A DNA stretch of 64,000 nt, taken from positions 16,607 through 80,606 of the forward strand of contig CAVZMI010000003.1 in the NCBI GenBank assembly GCA_963776275.1. The letters are read 5' to 3'. Position 1 is the stretch's first letter; every line of letters begins with the position of its first letter. The notes under the pieces were generated by a model. The model worked only from the letters and a program-made list of their open reading frames with translations, did no database searches and was not told where the DNA came from. A program made the translations under genes and the position numbers. The stretch comes from Ignavibacteriota bacterium (GTDB lineage Bacteria > Bacteroidota > Ignavibacteria > UBA10030 > CAVZMI01). Shown one piece after another: positions 61,777 to 64,000 of this stretch.

Positions 61777-62963
61777 TCAAACTAAATGTAGTCCGACCAG
61801 GAACATATCGATGAGTTTGATTCCGATGAAAGGAGCAATCACTCCGCCGACTCCATAAATGAGCAGATGCTTTCGCAACAATTGCACGGCGCTGATTGGC
61901 CGGTATTTTACACCCCTGAGTGCCAGCGGAATCAACGCGACGATGATCAAAGCGTTGAATATGACGGCGGAAAGAATCGCGCTTTCGGGTGTTGCAAGCT
62001 TCATGATATTCAAAGCGTTCAGGGCCGGATATGTCGTTGCGAATGCGGCAGGGATGATCGCGAAATACTTTGCCACATCGTTGGCAATACTGAACGTCGT
62101 AAGTGTCCCGCGCGTCATGAGCAGCTGCTTGCCGATTTCAACAATCTCCAATAACTTTGTCGGATTACTGTCGAGGTCGATCATATTCGCCGCTTCGCGG
62201 GCCGATTGCGTTCCGGTGTTCATCGCCACGGCAACGTCGGCCTGCGCAAGAGCGGGCGCATCGTTCGTGCCGTCACCCGTCATTGCGACAAGCCGTCCGC
62301 CTTTCTGATATTCACGGATCAATTTCAGTTTATCTTCGGGTTTTGCTTCTGCAAGAAAATCGTCGACACCGGCCTCGGCTGCAATGGCAGTAGCGGTGAG
62401 CGGATTATCTCCGGTAATCATCACGGTTTTGATTCCCATATTACGGAGATGTGCAAATCGCTCCTTGATTCCACCCTTAACAATATCCTTCAAATGGATA
62501 ACACCCAGAACCTCCTTGTTCTCCACAACGACAAGAGGAGTAGCTCCGAGCCGGCTTATTTCCTGTACTATTTGCTGCACTGCAGGCGGGTACAGACCTC
62601 CCTGCTGTTCGATAAAAATTTTTATTGCATCGGAAGCCCCTTTGCGGATAATTCGGCGAGGTACGCCATCATCCCCCTGGATATCGGCTCCACTCATACG
62701 GGTCTGTGCACTGAAAGGAATGAACTGGGCGGCGATTCCATGAATGTCCCGACCGCGGAGTCCGTACTTCTCTTTTGCCAGAATAACGATTGACCGCCCC
62801 TCGGGTGTCTCATCAGCAAGCGATGCCAGTTGTGCAGCATCGGCAAGACGCTCTTTCGTAATTCCCGGGGCCGGCGAGAATTCCGTTGCCATACGGTTAC
62901 CCAGTGTCACTGTTCCTGTTTTATCGAGTAGCAGAACATCAACGTCGCCTGCGGCTTCGATTG
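61777..62963 (-). CDS. kdpB: K+-transporting ATPase subunit B, 5'-truncated (only C-terminal ~395 aa)
   Basis: [55 protein letters not shown]; sequence upstream of IEAAGD is not KdpB. Confidence 0.93.
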
Positions 62964-64000
62964 ACATGCGACCAGATGACTGTGTTGTTGAGGAGCACAG
63001 ATATGTTGTACCAGTTGTCATATGAGGTTTTGAATTCTGTGTTGAAGCTCAGGTTGCTTATGCCTGAGAGGTTGACGCCAGTTTGTCTTATGTATGCGTA
63101 GGCATGCTGGTCAAGATTTAGTGCTGGACCCTGTCCGCCAGGGGTGTCATTGCCAAACATGTAGACATAATTACGTTCCTTGGGATATGTGTAGTACTGC
63201 GGGCTCAGCCTTGCAGCATACCAGTCAGGGTCGGATTCGAAATAGACCCACTCTGATTGGTTCAACGCCTCGAAACCCCAGTTTCTGATTGTGTTGTTTG
63301 TCACCTCTGTTGGCATCTTGTTTTCCGTGCCGTTGATTACAAGGAATGATGCAGGATTGGCACTTCTGATATGTGCACAGCTTTGCTCAAGGTCATTGAA
63401 GTGCATGACTACCGGCTCGTTTATCCTTGTCGTTGAAGCTGTGTCTGTGAGGTTTACCTTGCAGACATATGCCCTTGAGTAGAGCGTGGAGCCCAACTCA
63501 GTGCTGTCTGAGTATATGTGTATCACCGTGTTTGCGACGTCAAGTCCGCTGGTGAGCTCTGCATGCCCACTCACCAATGGACTGTCCTGCGGCGGTGTGA
63601 GTCATTGAGATTGAGCGTTATGCTCATGTTGCTTATTGTAGTCTCCCACGTGGCTGACCAGTTGCTCCACGAGCCTGATGTATCGTTGGCCTTGACCCTC
63701 CAATAATACTTTATGCCCTGGGTGAGCATCACTATGTGTTGCTCAGCAGTTGTAGTGTTTGTTATGTTGATAGTTATTGGGTTGGTGAAGCTTGACTCAT
63801 TGTCTATCTGTATCCAGTAGGTGTTCTGTCCGCCTCCTGCTCCTGCTGTATAGTTCCACCTGAACGTAACTGTCGTCGAGTTAGAATATGTGTTGTTGCC
63901 AGGGGAGTACAGGGTTATAGTGGGAGATGATATATCTCTGATTGTTAGGTTCGCGGAGCACACAATGCTTCCATCTTCCAATCCGTCATTTGGCGTGACA
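62939..64000 (-). CDS. Fragment of a large Asn/Thr/Ser-rich surface glycoprotein with Ig/FN3-like domain, archaeal-like (start outside window; frameshift near 63590)
   Basis: [12 protein letters not shown]...FRWNYT...[10 protein letters not shown]...SNWS; about 20 N-x-S/T sequons in ~340 aa; compositional break from the rest of the window. Confidence 0.65.

Noticed and set aside
62964-63021. ORF-track start MTTGTTYLC... as the true kdpB N-terminus
   Set aside because: Comes from the foreign segment in another frame; KdpB needs the missing N-terminal TM helices and actuator domain
1-64000. Many split genes (ABC ATPase, secD, secF, PPIase, HAO, tamB, PstS-like, cusRS-like, tatT, dctP, kdpD) as pseudogenes or programmed frameshifts
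   Set aside because: Indels are scattered over unrelated and normally conserved genes without accompanying in-frame stop decay or a common slippery motif; sequencing error is the simplest explanation

Overview
Mostly a chromosomal segment of an Ignavibacteria/Bacteroidota-like Gram-negative bacterium (inferred from gene content and TTGnnn-17-TATATT promoters). More than 15 scattered indels, several in normally conserved genes (secD, secF, tamB, kdpD), point to a low-coverage long-read consensus rather than real pseudogenes. Content: MacAB-type exporter parts, a stand-alone class D (OXA-like) beta-lactamase, speB, purA, secDF, a PpiD-like PPIase, aroKB, an octaheme HAO-family cytochrome, an ECF sigma factor, hflX, three tandem paralogous membrane proteins, a BatA/VWA protein, a metallopeptidase-propeller-Omp85 fusion, rnr, tamB, rfaE1/E2, a CI/LexA-like repressor, a patatin-Omp85, two APC permeases, a STAS-exbB-exbD-exbD-tonB-tonB-PstS-like-TPR operon, a CusRS-like two-component system, a TatT-containing TRAP (TPAT) transporter and kdpB/D/E. 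Intergenic regions hold several families of non-autonomous repeats: a CTAG-ended MITE-like element with variable REP-like cargo, heptamer inverted-repeat hairpins and a nested palindrome stack. The last ~1 kb cuts kdpB in mid-gene and encodes an N-glycosylation-sequon-rich, archaeal-looking surface protein; this is a chimeric junction or a foreign insertion. No rRNA, tRNA, CRISPR array or transposase was recognised.
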